A stretch of DNA of 64,000 bases from assembly GCA_951406725.2 (NCBI GenBank), contig OX597818.1:63984001-64048000 (forward strand), in the 5' to 3' direction. This DNA is from Octopus vulgaris. Lineage: Eukaryota. A program made the position numbers and the translations under genes. This document shows, piece by piece, positions 26,802 to 41,739 of this stretch; position 1 is the stretch's first letter; each line of letters opens with the position of its first letter. The notes beneath the pieces are model-generated. The model ran no database searches, was not told the DNA's origin, and worked only from the letters and a program-made list of their open reading frames with translations.

Positions 26802-26841
<40 letters not shown>

Positions 26842-28592
26842 GTTAGCGAACTAATAGAAATAAACCATGATTCGAGTTTCACTCTTAAACTTTGTGTACA
26901 TAGTAATCATATCGCTGCGAAAACTAGTTGATAGACATACATCAGTATCTATATATGCCGTTGGCAACCATACAGGTGTATGTTAACTTAATTAACGTAA
27001 CATAATTAGTTATATAATGTATTAATTTATAGACACTTGTCATGTTAGCTATATAACTTAATTTGCTTTAATGTCAATATTAACGATTAGTCATTTATAA
27101 AATCTAATCACTTTATAATGTTAATCTACAGCGTTATTGTTTTTGTTGTCTTAATAATTAAGTCATCTTTTTCGCAAAATATGTCATGTATTGTAAAACC
27201 AGTAATTTAGAAAGCAATGTTGCTAGTAAGACATGCACAGCCATGTTAAATTCTAATCACACAGCTTCTGTTAGGGTTTCCCAGTGAGAAACTAACCGTA
27301 TTTACTAATGATAAATATATCCTACTATAATTAGATACTTCACAATAGCAATTATCTATTTTACTTTAATATAATTGTTTAATAATGTGCCATCCTGTTC
27401 ACCTTTCTTTAATTCCGGAATTTATGCATTAATCTAGTGAAAATCGCTATGTAACTGTAGGTGCAGAAACTATGTTTTGTGCCCCAATACGGTGTTTCTC
27501 TACTCTATGTTCGTCACCAGTGCTACGTAAAATTTGTCACATACTGATTACGCAAGCAGTCATTGCGTTTCATTAATAATTTCTAAACGAAAACATCTAA
27601 ATTTACAACGAGCAATGTCCTGAAAGACCTAAATGAAATTGAGATATGTTTTAAGGCGTGTGCTTTCAGGAATTTTTATAAATCTTGTTCATAATGGGTA
27701 TGTTTTCAAAATATTTTCACTGTTTTAAATTTAATCAAAACTGCTATTCAAGAACTAAGCTGTGAAGTACTTCCGTATTCTCTTGATCCTCCGTATTATC
27801 GCATATTTTTCGGTTTATCTCGGAAAATTTATGAAGTGTTTTACTGAACAATGAGGACGAGCTGAGAATGTGGCTCTATGAAGTTTTCGTGTGAAGGTCC
27901 TATTAATTCGACCGTCAAGATGTTGACAAGCAAAAAAGAGAGAAAAAAAAGAAAGCAGGCGGTTTTGAGGAACATATTATTGATTGATTTGCCAAAATTT
28001 AGACAAATAAAGATGAAGATAATTGGTAAGTGAAAGCAAGAAAATTCGTCTGGTAACCCCATTCTGTTATTAGCGTAATTTACTATGTACTTTAGTAAGG
28101 CGTCCGTTACGCTATGTGGGTAAACTTATAAACTTACATTTTTCAACGTGCTTCTATTTAGAAATCAAAGGATATTGGCTACTGTTCACTTGAAAGTTTA
28201 ATTATGTGCTTGCGATTTTGAACCTAACCGATTACCCATTATATATCAGATAGACCCAGCGCTAAATTGCTAATGTAGAAATATCGTTTTAGCAAATAAA
28301 CTGCTCAATAACATAGATTTACTTCTCAGTTCTTTTACATGAACCACTTGAGTTTCGCCCTTAGGTACTGAAAATATGTGCGTCTCTGATCATAATCAGG
28401 AGTAGTGAGGGAATATCATAGCTATGTGTTGAGGGGGGGTAGGGTATTTTAAGATTTGAATAAATATTACAACAAAACATAAGTTTGAAGGAAATTTTAG
28501 TTTTTCATACTTTCAAGAGGTAAGCAGATAGGAAAATAAAAAGTTTCTACCCAAGAAAAAACCGTGTTACACAATGTTATTATTTTCATCGT

Positions 28593-28765
28593 TCATTTTT
28601 CCTGCATTGCTTTGTTTTGTCCAAAATATCTTCTAATATCAGTACTAAAACAGTGGATCGTGTTCGCAAAGGACTCATACTTGTGATAAAGTTTCAAATC
28701 ATCCACGCAGAGAAGGTGGTTGATTGTTTGGCATTTTTCTTTTAGTTGGTACCCAGGGGCATTTT
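28593..28765 (-). pseudogene. R4/Dong-type non-LTR RT fragment
   Basis: [23 protein letters not shown]...[15 protein letters not shown] matches the INHLLYMDDLKLY...FSxDIxMxFG pattern. Confidence 0.7.
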
Positions 28766-28793
28766 CGTAAGTACGAAAGTTATTTCTCTCTCT

Positions 28794-28844
<51 letters not shown>

Positions 28845-28864
28845 GTTTAGATTGATATATATAC

Positions 28865-28895
<31 letters not shown>

Positions 28896-28959
28896 CATAT
28901 ATATATATGTATATATATACATGTATATATACACATACATATATATACATATATATATA

Positions 28960-30773
28960 TATAATAATAAATATTAGGGAATAAATCCAAATTTACAGGG
29001 AAAAAATCAGATTTAGGATTAAATCCAATTTTATAGTAAAATATTATATAATATTAATTAGAGACAAAACCACTATTTTGCAAAACAAACAAGGAAAGAC
29101 TTAATCAATACATAACATTTTAATAAAAAGTAAAAAAACCTCCACTACAATTGTTTCATGTCCTGATCGACAATCTTCAGGTGGATTTCCAATCTAAAAT
29201 ATCAATATTTTAAAATATAAGTATAAAAAATAATAATTTTAAAATAATTAAAGTATCAATGAAAAATATAAATATATAATCTATATATAACCTATATATA
29301 ATCCATATATAATCAATATATAAACTAAAATAAACCTATCAACAATTAAATATAAAACAAAATAAAAATAAACTATATATACACCCATACACATATAACT
29401 AATTATATATAACCATATCTAAATACATACACTAAATCACACACCTATATATATATCCCTATACATACACATAAAAACGTCTAGGCAACTATAGATAAAT
29501 AAAATAGCCAAATACTTCAACACAATACTTATTCATACTCCCTCACACACACATACAACCCACATTCATAAACAATATACGTATACCCGCTCACACATAC
29601 ATATAGAAACATACAGAACTCGATATATACACAAATAAATTACTCAAATAATCCCACACACACACACCCATTCACACATACATAAACACTCAAAAGCAAA
29701 ATAAATAATTCTTTGCACGTGGTGATCGAACGTTTTTTTTTTAAATTATAAATGGAATAATATATAATCAACTTAAATATACAGAATCTACTACAAAACA
29801 CCAATAAACCATCATGATAAATGAAACCCACATACATATAATGATAAAACTCCCCTTACCATACACAATTACACCTATATAGCAATCCCATATACACATT
29901 CACACACAAATATACATACGTAAAACACACACACACAACATATACGTATACGCCCTCACATATACATATACATACTTACTAAACTCGATATATACAACAA
30001 TATTTCACACCCACACTCATACATAAATAAATTACACAACTAAAATACGCACACACACACACACATTCCCACATACATAAACACTCAAAAGAAAAACAAC
30101 ATTATTACACATAATACGATATATATGTATACATGCATGATTGGTGTGCGTGGGATTGCGCCCATTTTTGGGGATGTATGTGTTTATTTGTCTGTGTGGG
30201 GTTGAGTGGTTTTTTGGTGTATATATTGAAGTTTATACGTACTTATAGGTATGTGTGACTGAGGTGGGTATTTGTATATGTCATGGGTGTGTGGTTTACG
30301 TGTGTGTATTTGTGTGTGAATTTATAGGTTAAGGGGATTGCTATATAGGTATGTTATAGAGTTTAGTAAAGGGAGGTTTTATCATTTCTGTTTTTATGAG
30401 TTTTAATTTATCATGGTAGTTTTATTAAAGAATTCGTAGTAATTTATGTCTATTTATGATGTTTGTTATTTTATTACATTATTCCATTCATAATTTTTAA
30501 GTAATGTTCGGTTACCGCGTGAATATAATTTATATTTGTGGTAGGTTCTGTATATATACATTCACACACAAATACACACACGTAAACCACACACCCACGA
30601 CATATACAAATACCCACCTCACTCACCCACACAGACAAATAAACACATACATCCCCAAAAATAGGCGCAATCCCACGCACACCAATCATGCATGTATACA
30701 ATTGCACACACATATGAACAATACATAATCATCCCAAATATACAGAACCTACCACAAATAACGTAAATATCAA

Positions 30774-30780
<7 letters not shown>
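28960..30780. mobile_element. HHR-bearing low-complexity element with internal tandem and inverted duplications
   Basis: HHR at 29141-29185. About 30125-30325 is inverted relative to 30555-30700, and 29570-29700 is similar to 29935-30090. The terminal segment 28965-29035 resembles 50795-50870. Confidence 0.6.
29141..29185 (-). ncRNA. Minimal type I hammerhead ribozyme motif (GUA)
   Basis: UCCAC CUGAAGA U-UGUC-gaucag-GACA-U GAAA C-AAUU-G UA GUGGA: 5-bp stem I and palindromic stem III (ACAAUUGU). Confidence 0.85.
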
Positions 30781-30830
<50 letters not shown>

Positions 30831-31719
30831 TATATATTTATATATATTTAAATAGATAGATATATACATATATATATATGTATATAAATACAAATATATA
30901 TATACATATATATATATACATATATATATTATTTATACATATATATACATGTATGTAAATATATTATTGTTATATATATATATATATACATAAATATATT
31001 ATTGTTATATATATATATATATATATATACATAAATATATTATTGTTATATATATATATATACACATCGAATGCCATATAACTTAAATTCTTTATTAGTA
31101 TAGCTATATTCACTGGAAGAGACTGTGGTTTAATTACGAAGTACCAATTATATGTAGTTCTATGTGAGAAGAACCAATTAACACAGAAGTCAAATATTCT
31201 CCACACTTCACTTGACAGAAAGGGAAAATTATGCTTATTTTCTGGGGATTAGTCTATTTCTGATGACGTGTCTTTCTGCAAGAATATGTCTCATCAGCTA
31301 GACAATGCGGCACCTCAATATAAGTAGCCAAGAATCTTAACTTTTTTCTAGATAATTAGGAATCTTTTATTGCTTAAGTATTTCGCATAATTGGAGGGAA
31401 AATCAACGTAGAGAAATAATTCTGCTTCCCTGGTGACATCTAATTTAGCAAATTTAACAAATGCAGGTATATCAAACGCCATTCAACATAAATTCTTCAT
31501 TTATTAACATTTTCAACTTTTCTAGATGATGTCTCGTAATTACCAAATGGTTTGGCTCTATGCCATTAAATTCGCACGTGGTATATTTCATATTCCTTAT
31601 AGTACTTTTGTTTCTCGTTTTGACGCTTTCTAATTAAAAGCAAGTTCATGTTGGAAATCACATGCTCGAACTGGTTTTTCTTCTCCCTATAATCTTTTCA
31701 ACTATACTTATATTTGTTT

Positions 31720-32112
31720 GTGGAGGCGCAATAGCCCAGTGGTTAGGGCAGCGGACTCGCGGTCATAGGATCGCGGTTTCGATTCCCAGACCGGGCGTTG
31801 TGAGTGTTTATTGAGCGAAAACACCTAAAAAAGCTCCACGAGGCTGCGGCAGGGGATGGTGGTGATCCCTGCTGTACTCTTTCACCACAACTTTCTCTCA
31901 CTCTTACTTCCTGTTTCTGTTGTACCTGTATTTCAAAGGGCCGGCCTTGTCATTCTCTGTGTCACGCTGAATATCACCGAGAACTACGTTAAGGGTACAC
32001 GTGTCTGTGGAGTGCTCAGCCACTTACACGTTAATTTCACGAGCAGGCTGTTCCGTTGATTCGGATCAACCGGAACCCTCATCGTCGTAACCGACGGAGT
32101 GCTTCCCCTTCC
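31720..32112 (+). mobile_element. Full-length tRNA-derived SINE, family D, with 15-bp TSD
   Basis: A box tagcccagtgg, B-box-like ggtttcgattccc. TSD tacttatatttgttt at 31705-31719 and 32113-32127. Confidence 0.92.
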
Positions 32113-34534
32113 TACTTATATTTGTTTTTTACCTTAAATTTGTTTTCTCGTTACTTTGCCGGTGTGAGTTATCTGTGATTATATTTCAGAAATCTTTCTT
32201 GCACTTGCAACTCTCAAAGTAGCGATTGCTGTCCTTTCGTCATTGCATCAATTTTTTCAATACACTATCCATTTGAAAAGCATTACACGATTTTACTCGA
32301 TCATTCCCAACATATTTTATAATATATGACACACATTGTAAATAATTACGCACTTGTATTTGAGGTCTTTATTTGTAGTACCAGCGACACTTTCTGAATT
32401 ATTGAAATACCGTGGTGTTGTATCACTTAAATGATTGTATCTACAGCATCGAGAGTAATAGTATATCTTGTTGCCGATAATGAATCACTTCTTTTCGTCT
32501 TAATGGATGAAGAATGTTCAGTTTATTCTGCAAACCAAGTAAAATATTCGTGGGTGCTCATATTTTCAAGTAAGTATAATTAAGAAAAATGTTTAATTTT
32601 CTTGATGGACTCTCATGGACGTTAGAAACCCCAAAACAATTATAAATCGAAAAATATGAATATAGATTTTCAAATTTCCGTGTATATTATTAATAAGTTT
32701 CATTATTTAATATATAAAGTATAAAATTATTCGTGACAGATTTTATTAGATGTAATATCATTTTGTTTGTAATGGGTTATATGAAGAGTGATAAAGTGTT
32801 TAGAAAACTGCTCAAAATACAGTTATTTTTCTTATATGTTTGTCGTTTATAAATTATATATGTGAAACTTAATTACATTCTAATTATATCATAAAATTAT
32901 TCATAATTTAAATTCCACGTTTTAACACGTTTACGATTCCGTTGAGGTTGATGTGTCAACGCCGCACATAGGCTTGATTCGTAATAGAAATTTTTCTTTA
33001 ATAATTACGTTATTGAATTTCCTAGATTTATCTAAAATATATTACATTACATAAGCCATAAGTATGCTACACTGCATATAATAGACAAGTAATGACGACG
33101 GAGTATCGAAAAAATAACCATGTAATTTTTTCGCCCTCGTTTAAGATTTCCAATTTCTACAGATCGTTAGTTATTGGAATATTAACTTGTCACTAATGCT
33201 AAATTGTTATATAAGCATGCATACTGTTTCGGAGAATGGTTGTACATATATATTCAGATCTCTAGGTTTTATCGAATCTTTGTTTAAGCGAGCCCACGCT
33301 ACAAGTCATAGTAAATCTAGCTATCAATAATAATGCAATGACTACAAGAGGCCTCATTCGGATAATTTGCATTCATATCATTCACAGATTATTATACAAA
33401 ATGCTGCTCACAAGTCTCTATTACACGACACCAATCTAATATGTTGCCTGATATTTTCTACATGTTGTATAATTATACAATCGTCTCTACTAGTAGAGTA
33501 TCTTTCCTTATAATTAGATTGAAATCACCTCAACCACAGATTCAAATTTCCATTTCTGCATTAGTTTTATACATGTCTTAAATAGGTAAGACATGCAATT
33601 TCTGACGAAATTCAACTTGCTCTAAAGCTTATTTGTGTTAGCATACAACACCTACGCAAATTGCCAAATAATACCGGTCATTGACCAACGTAGACCAAAG
33701 CCAAAGAAATAATAACTGTCAATTATTGACCAAATAATTCAGAGCAGACAATAAAATATATTTGTCTACACTATAGAGCAATATGTAAATGAACCTATCG
33801 ACTTATTTCATCCTGCATGCATAAACAACGTCAACAACAACTATAAAGGATTTCTCGGTCTGCGGGTAGACAGAAATTACAATATCGTAAAGACAATTAT
33901 AGATGTTACTTTGTCACCGGTCTCAACAGGAGATAACGAGTGCTGGAGTGTACCACTTATCCGCATTTCTATATCATCACACTATCGATATCCGTTGAAT
34001 ATATTATACGTGAAAATGATATTTTGTTTCAGAGAAGTTGTTTTAGCGCTGTACGTTGTAAAGTTTTCAGTATCATATTTATGAGAATTAATAGATCATA
34101 AATATATATCATATATTAATAACTTTCAAGTGTCGTTTTTTTGTCTCTAGAATAACTTACATAATTTAAATTTACAGCAATACTACGAAAATATAACTGG
34201 GGAGCGTTACTTTGTAGCTGCACAAAGGCCATGCTTGTACAAAATCCGAGATCAGATGCAATCCAGCCGCGATCATCATGTACATTTTTAAGTAGGTAAA
34301 TCATTGCTGTCTGTATACGGAATTATAACTAGAATTAGTTTCCAATCATAACAAGTCAATACAGTAAATAGAAGCAGCCGCTTATACATTTTCTGTAACC
34401 ATAAATACACATCTGTTACATATATATATATTATGACATAGATTAAGTTCGCAGACAGTGCAGTTTTTCATGAAAAATATTGATTAATGTTACATAACAG
34501 AGATATGTCACTTTGTTAAATAATCAGCGAGTCA

Positions 34535-34607
34535 TTACTACTACTACTACTGCTACTACTACTACAGCTGCTGCTACTACTACAACTACTACTACTACTA
34601 CTATTAT

Positions 34608-34641
<34 letters not shown>

Positions 34642-34688
34642 ACCACTACCTACTACTACTGCTGCTGCTGCTGCTGCTACTTTGCTGA
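34535..34688. repeat. (ACT)n/(GCT)n trinucleotide array
   Basis: Directly visible. A similar (CTA)n array lies at 40262-40460. Confidence 0.95.
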
Positions 34689-36644
34689 TGCGGTTTTTTA
34701 AAGTCTTTTCTCCATTGTTAGGCACCAGACCGGTAATTTAACGGGCGGGGAATCAGTACAGTAAATCGAGTCCCGCAAATTCACTGATACTTGATTGTTT
34801 TCAGACATTGAGAGTATTAAAGGCAAGCTGTCCTGCCTGTCGACAAATCTTCATTTGGTATGATTTGCCAAATAGGCACAAAACTCGAAATTTTGGTGAA
34901 GGAAAGCGTCTATAAGAATTTAGCTCGTTCTTCATTTTATCTACGTGATATCTTTTATCATTTATCTTTTATTTGAAAGCAAATCTGACTTAAATCTCTA
35001 AAGATGGATTCCGGTGTGGCTGTGTGCTAAGAAGTTTATTTCCTTTTAATAGGCCTCCGGGTTCAGACATATTGTGTAGCACTTTGGACAACTGTCATCA
35101 ACTATACGCTTAATAGAATGTTTGAAAAGACTGAATGATATATCAAAACCATTAAACACAAAATTACATAAAAAGGGGAAAAGAAAATATTAATCAAGTC
35201 TGTGGAATTCTGCTTTATTCGTGTAATTGATTTATAACTTTGGTCTATGCTTTTCTCTTTCTATACGAAGTCTGCTGGTGTTGCCTCACACAATCCAGAT
35301 CCGCTTCATATAAGCTGAGTTATACTTCAGCAGTGGTCGATTCGTCTATCCTTAAAACATTAAAAAAAGTTTTGCTGCTGCTGCTGCTGGTATTTCTTCT
35401 GTTTAAGACGGCTGTCTATAGCGATTAGTCAACGAGTATCTTTCATCAATAGACAGGATGCTATTGAAATGAGGGAGGAGTTTCATTAAGATACTACTGT
35501 TTCTTCTGAGGGATGTTGTGGTTTCACCTAGATGAGGCTGGGAAGATTTTCTTGAATCAAGCTGTTCGTTATTGGTGTGAGGACACATCAATTTTATCTC
35601 TTTTTAGTTTTGATATTTTAGGAATATTGTACCAGGGATTAAGGTTTCACTGTCCAATAGGGAGCAGCTTGCTCGCTTTACTTCGTTACTTTGTTCCATG
35701 ATATTCCTAACAACTATAACATAACACAATGACATTCCATTGCTATTTCCTGGTAATGTACAATAATGAAAACTTCTAAATCTATGGTGACACCATTCGG
35801 TTACATATTCCCACAGTTTACTAGCAAATATATACATGTGCCGTGATGCTTGCTTTACGCCAGGCAGACACAGGACATTTATGTACGTAACGATCATTTT
35901 AAACCATCACACAGAAATGCCGAGGCTCTCGTTCGCGGACATATGAGGCATGTTCTATTTGGACTAGTGTTCTCTTTCTGTTGTTGTAAGCCATATAAGT
36001 CCCTTCCACTTCATGGAGCCATGTAAGTCCTCTACATCGACTCCCTTCCCTGTCTCAATAAAAGGAATTTGTAATAAAATATACCTTAGTAATGCTTCCA
36101 TTGGAAATATGAAATACCTCATGTTATTAGCAATGGATCAATAGGCCATTCTCCTCTCAAGCATTTCTTGGAAATATTTTGGCACACTGGTGGCGGCGAC
36201 ATATAAAATGGCTGCCAAGATTTCGCTCTCTTAGCGAAATATTCCACATCACGATTCGTCCGTTATGCCAAGATGTGTGTATGTGTGTATGTGTGTGTGT
36301 GTATGTCTGCGTGCATGTCAGTGAAAGAGAAAACCAGAAATATGAGAGAGAGAGAGAGAGGAAGAAAGAGAGTGTGAGAGAAAGTTTCGTTATTGTATAT
36401 TCCACCCACAGATATTTGAATGTTTCTACCGCAAACATTTTGTCGTCTTCCACTCCAAATGGATAACATTACAGATAGAGTACTTAAAATGAGTTTTAAA
36501 TAATCGAATATGTTCACAATTACCTAGCCAAAAACGTCAGAAGTAAAGAAAAAGAGGTTTTCTACACTTACATTAGACATGGATTGTCTTATTCTCACAG
36601 CAGTTTACAACTTTTATAATATATCTTGTAACGATGGGAAATTA

Positions 36645-36850
36645 AACTGTATGGTGTATTAATTCAAATACACCATACAGTTCTATATTTAAGAGATGAG
36701 GAATTATGTCCACTATTTACATTTGACGGATATTTGTCCTCATCTTGATTGTTGTTAACACAACGGTTCGGCTTATATATCCTCTAGACTTTATCAGATG
36801 TCTTGGGGGGAAATTTCGAACTTGGGTTATCTTACCAAAGGTATTTTTCC
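36645..36850 (-). mobile_element. Decayed copy of the (AAT)n-associated HHR element, ending in a 16-bp perfect hairpin
   Basis: Reverse complement of 37365-37510. Decayed HHR at 36758-36801 (CUGAUAA, GAAC). Hairpin aactgtatggtgtatt-aattca-aatacaccatacagtt at 36645-36682. Confidence 0.8.
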
Positions 36851-36865
36851 ATTTGTTGTTGTTGC

Positions 36866-36953
<88 letters not shown>

Positions 36954-37052
36954 CCATTTATGAATCTATAGAACATCCTAATTTTTAGTTCAATTAGAAT
37001 TTATTGTCTCATGTTGAATAAAATTTTTACAGTTTTGTTAAAATTATTATTA

Positions 37053-37135
<83 letters not shown>

Positions 37136-37139
<4 letters not shown>

Positions 37140-37221
37140 TCACTGACTGGAATCGAACTCCGAATCTTGGGGGTTAATAGCCCGAGCTCTTAACCGCAAC
37201 GCCATATGCTCATGGGACCTG
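37136..37221 (-). mobile_element. 86-bp tRNA-like mini-SINE with mirror-image ends, between (TTA)n and (AAT)n
   Basis: Minus strand: CAGGTC..TGGCGTTGCGG (A box)..GGG-CTATTAA-CCC (anticodon-like arm)..GTTCGATTCC (B box)..GACCTG. No proper acceptor stem. Confidence 0.75.
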
Positions 37222-37237
37222 AATAATAATAATAATG

Positions 37238-37352
<115 letters not shown>

Positions 37353-37408
37353 CAACAACATCGAACAATACCTTAGAAATGAGAACCCAGGTTCGAAATT
37401 ACCCCAAG

Positions 37409-37452
37409 ATACCTGATGAAGGCCGGAGGGTATATCAGCTGAAACGTAGTGT
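37409..37452 (+). ncRNA. Minimal type I hammerhead ribozyme motif (GUA) in an (AAT)n-associated element (37365-37510)
   Basis: AUAC CUGAUGA a GGCCG-gaggguauau-CAGCU GAAA CG UA GUGU. ACGU palindromic mini stem III; one mismatch in stem II. Confidence 0.7.
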
Positions 37453-39231
37453 TAACAAACAACAAACAAGACGAGGACAAATATCTGTCAAAAACATATA
37501 ATGTAAATAAATACGTTATATTATTTGTGAAGTATTTTAATTTAATTGCAGTTTTGCTCTGTAATTTTGAATGGGAAGCCATATTGTTTGGCATAAATTC
37601 AGCTTATAATAATCACGTTCAGTTATTTGATTCTTCTAATTCCGACTGTATTTAAGTTAACTTATATGGATAGGTGTACAATACAATTACTTGAGAATAG
37701 TGCATATATTCATTGAATACTCGTTGCCTCAGGCTAACCACTTTTTTCTACTTATTATATTTTAATATATTTCGAATGAAACGCAAAATATATTCGAAAT
37801 CATACTAACACTTCAAATATAGAATTCGGAGATGTCTTTTGACAAGCATTTAAATTTACGTTCTGGTGTTTATGATTTTTAGAGTGATATTTTTATAATC
37901 ATAATTTCGAAATATTCAACTCCATATAATTCACGACACTCGATGTGAAATTCCGATACCTATTAATTATTTTGAATGGAATAGTCAGCACATGTCAGCC
38001 ATGTTTTAAAATGATGCCAAATAAAGTTACAGTAATCATATTTCCATACAAGTGAAACATCATTCTCTGGATCGATTATTATTCATTGAAAATTACTTGT
38101 GATGTTTATTAACATTCATAGCGAAGAACTTGCAGTACACAAAAACGTTAGAAATACACATGATGTATAAGGCATTGATTAAAAGTTTCTAGTGAATACG
38201 GACTTCAATAGAAACGAAATCTAAAACATCATTGGGCCAAATATTATGGAAAGCATAACTGCATTGAATTCATAAAATGTTATTGAACATTTCTAGCAAT
38301 ACATTGTTATATATTCGATAGCGGTATCTGGATATTAGATATTTAAATTGATATTAAATTAAAAATATTTTCTGATTGTAGAATCAAGCTTTTTTTTTCT
38401 TTTCTGCTGGGGCGTTCACATTTAAAGTAAGATACATATTTACGCAGTCGCCATTGAATGGAAAATGCAAGTTTTTCCACAAACTTTGTGTTTATGTGTG
38501 CGTGTTTGCGTGTGTGCGTGCATACCTGTTTGTGTGTGAGTATTTCTGTGTGTGTGTGTGTGCGCGTATGTGTTTGTACGCGGATGTGTGCGTATGAGTT
38601 TGGTTTCTGGCTGAGATGTGTGTGTATAAATTTGGTGTATACAATTAAATAGTATTAAAATAGGATTTCTATGTGTTTATCATACTAAATGGAAATATAC
38701 TGACGGAAGAGGGCATGACACTGTAGCATTGTGCAAATTGTTTAGAATCTCAATATACATCGGAGCGAGACGAACATCGTCGCTGCATTGACACAAGCAA
38801 ACGACACATATTTTGATTATCTTGAGGCTTATCAATACCATGTTCTCAATTGTTAAAGTAAAGGAATTTCGTGCTTTGATATATATATAGATATATATAT
38901 ATATATATATATAAAAACAGAGCACAAATCATTAATTGTTATTGCCGAAGCTAGCTGTTTTATTGAAAACCTCGCTGCGCGCAAATTATGAGGCAATCGG
39001 TCGCAAATTGTGAGGTAATCAGACACACATCGAGAAAGGCAACATGCATCTTCCTTCTCATGAACCACTACCGTAACGATCCTCCCATCATTTCGAATTA
39101 AATTGCGTTTTTAACATAACACGTCCATGGGAAGATTACAACACAGGCAATTCCACTGTATCATGCCATTGAAATGTGTGTAGATATGTGGTATGGTGCA
39201 CATACGGGGGTATATGTATGTATATACATAC

Positions 39232-39296
<65 letters not shown>

Positions 39297-39969
39297 AGCT
39301 TAGAAATGAAGAAGATACCAAACGAAACCAAAAGAATCGAATCGAATCGACGCGAAGGCGCTCAGTCATACAATAGTGTAATAAATAAAATATATGCATA
39401 CATACAAACACATATGTACGTACCTACATCTACATGTATATATACACGCATATATAAATATATATACGTGTGTACAGGACACCACAGATGGACGTAGAAC
39501 TCAGCGAGAAACGAAAAGGTAAAAACGGCATAACGGACCATTTTTTTAACAACGAACAAACAGAGTACAGGGCAACTACACAAGGAAAAATCCCCTTCAT
39601 CAGCTGTCCCTAGTTCAACTCCAGCAAGAGAGAGAGCGAGCGAGAGCGAGAGAGAGAGAGAGTGAGAGCGAGAGAGAGGGAGACAGAGAAAAAAGAGTGA
39701 GAGAGCTGTATATGTATGTATATGCATTAATATATTTCCGAGAGTCTCATTAAGTTCGCATATGTTCAACACCACCAAGATACCAACGGAAGTCAGCTTG
39801 TTTCTATCCCCATAACTTAGCGTTTCCGTTTAAAAAATGCGAGGTTTAAGACATAGATTCGGCATAGATTCGATCACTAAATCTTGTAAGGCCACTGTCT
39901 AATGACAGAAAATATTTAGAAGAATAAAAGAATTTATCGTTAGATTTGTGTATGCATATATATATGTAT

Positions 39970-40090
39970 GTGGCCTGCTCGCTTAGCCAGCGGGGTGGCG
40001 TCATTCGAAGGCTAAAACAATACGAACGCATTGTGACCAGCGATGTGTAACAACGTCTGATGGTCTGGTCGGTCACGTGATCACGTGATA
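39970..40090 (+). mobile_element. Probable 3' end of another LINE with an 8-mer tail (CACGTGAT)x2
   Basis: GC-rich island in microsatellite. ggctaaaaca is shared with the 3' end of the CR1-group LINE; terminal 8-mer repeat. Confidence 0.45.
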
Positions 40091-40394
40091 TATGTATGTA
40101 TGTATGTATGTATGCATGTTTGTATGTAGTATGCATGAATGTATGTGTATGTATGTATATGTTTATGCATATATGTATGTCAGTATATGCAGTTTTCATG
40201 AAAAATACTGATGAATATTACGTAATAGGGGTGTGTCTCATTTTTAAATAATCAACGAGCCATTACTACAACGGCTACTACTATTACTACTACTACTACT
40301 ACTACTACAACTAATACTGCCACTACCACCACCACCACTACCACCACTACTAATACTACTACTACTCTTACTACTACTACTACTACTACTGCTG

Positions 40395-40460
<66 letters not shown>

Positions 40461-40922
40461 AAACGTTGAAGTGCAATAATAGGTACCGTTGGACTTCCAT
40501 ACTTTTGTAGTTTGTGTTTTGTGTATATGGATAATATTCAATGTTGCACTCAAGCAGTTCGCTAGTTTAAAATTGTATAGTTGCAAGTTGTATATATTCC
40601 TCATTTATAACAGCTTAGATATGTAAATGGTATATGTCCGCGTGGGTGTACGTGTGCGTGTTCATGTGCGCATGTGCGCATGTGCGTGTGTGAACGCTTA
40701 ATTACAGATGAAAATGTATATATATATATATATTATATAAAAGGGCTTAGTAAAATAAATTACTTTGCCGCATACTGAACTCATTAGAAATAGCAGCTAA
40801 AAAACTTTTTTAAAGCTATTTCTAATACTTAAAGAAAATCTCTCTCATATATAGTGTTTGCTTAATTCAACTCACAAAAGTTTGGGGGTAAGGACATCAA
40901 TAAATCAAATGCTAAGGTTATT

Positions 40923-40974
40923 TGAGAACGTACGTTTCAAGATTAGTCAAAACAACACTTCTATCTTCAGCTCA
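40923..40974 (-). ncRNA. Type I hammerhead ribozyme motif, copy 1 (GUU)
   Basis: UGAG CUGAAGA U-AGA-AGU-guuguuuug-ACU-aa-UCU-U GAAA CG-UA-CG UU CUCA. Palindromic stem III ACGUACGU. Confidence 0.8.
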
Positions 40975-41468
40975 GAAACTCCTTGGTTTGGATTTGGAAA
41001 CACTGAAAGTAAGAACATACCCTTTCGAAGATCCGCTCGTAACTAACAGTGCCAACAAACCCAAATAAGCAAGCGAAGAATTTCTGTTCTCCCCTTTCCA
41101 CCAGCGTGGGTTAAAATCATCAAACACTATGCTTATTTCGGTAAAGTCCGAAGCAATTAATTAGAGGGAGATTAATTATAATTTCAACAATTGAGGGTAA
41201 AATTAATTAATTATTAATCAATTTCACCAAGTGTTCAGTATGCAAAGGGACCATTTAAGGCGAATTCAAATTATTACATTATATAAAAGGGCTTAGTAAA
41301 ATAAATTACTTTGCCGCATACTGAACTCATTAGAAATAGCAGCTAAAAAACTTTTTTAAAGCTATTTCTAATACTTAAAGAAAATCTCTCTCATATATAG
41401 TGTTTGCTTAATTCAACTCACAAAAGTTTGGGGGTAAGGACATCAATAAATCAAATGCTAAGGTTATT

Positions 41469-41520
41469 TGAGAACGTACGTTTCAAGATTAGTCAAAGCA
41501 ACACTTCTATCTTCAGCTCA
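41469..41520 (-). ncRNA. Type I hammerhead ribozyme motif, copy 2 (GUU)
   Basis: Same as copy 1 except for one loop II base; 546 nt away. Confidence 0.8.
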
Positions 41521-41739
41521 GAAACTCCTTGGTTTGGATTTGGAAACACTGAAAGTAAGAACATACCCTTTCGAAGATCCGCTCGTAACCAACAGTGCCA
41601 ACAAACCCAAGTATGCGGCAAAGTAATTTATTTTACTAAGCCCTTTTATATAATGTAATAATTTGAATTCGCCTTAAATGGTCCCTTTGCATACTGAACA
41701 CTTGGTGAAATTGATTAATAATTAATTAATTTTACCCTC

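Noticed and set aside
31260-31298. ctgatga...tcatcag short inverted repeat
   Set aside because: No stem II before GAAA on either strand; likely a chance hairpin.
31832-31880. HDV-like ribozyme suggested by AGC-UCCACGAG-GCU (also at about 59003)
   Set aside because: No P1 or P2 partners could be found, and the GG needed for P1.1 is not conserved in the second copy.
39570-39612. Minus-strand CUGAUGAAGGGGA..UCCUU hairpin as an HHR or SECIS
   Set aside because: No GAAA after the stem, and the helix is too short for a SECIS.
40858-41658. Duplicated 62 aa and 84 aa ORFs
   Set aside because: They start at TTG, lie antisense to the HHR element and have no recognisable motif; the duplication simply reflects the tandem repeat.
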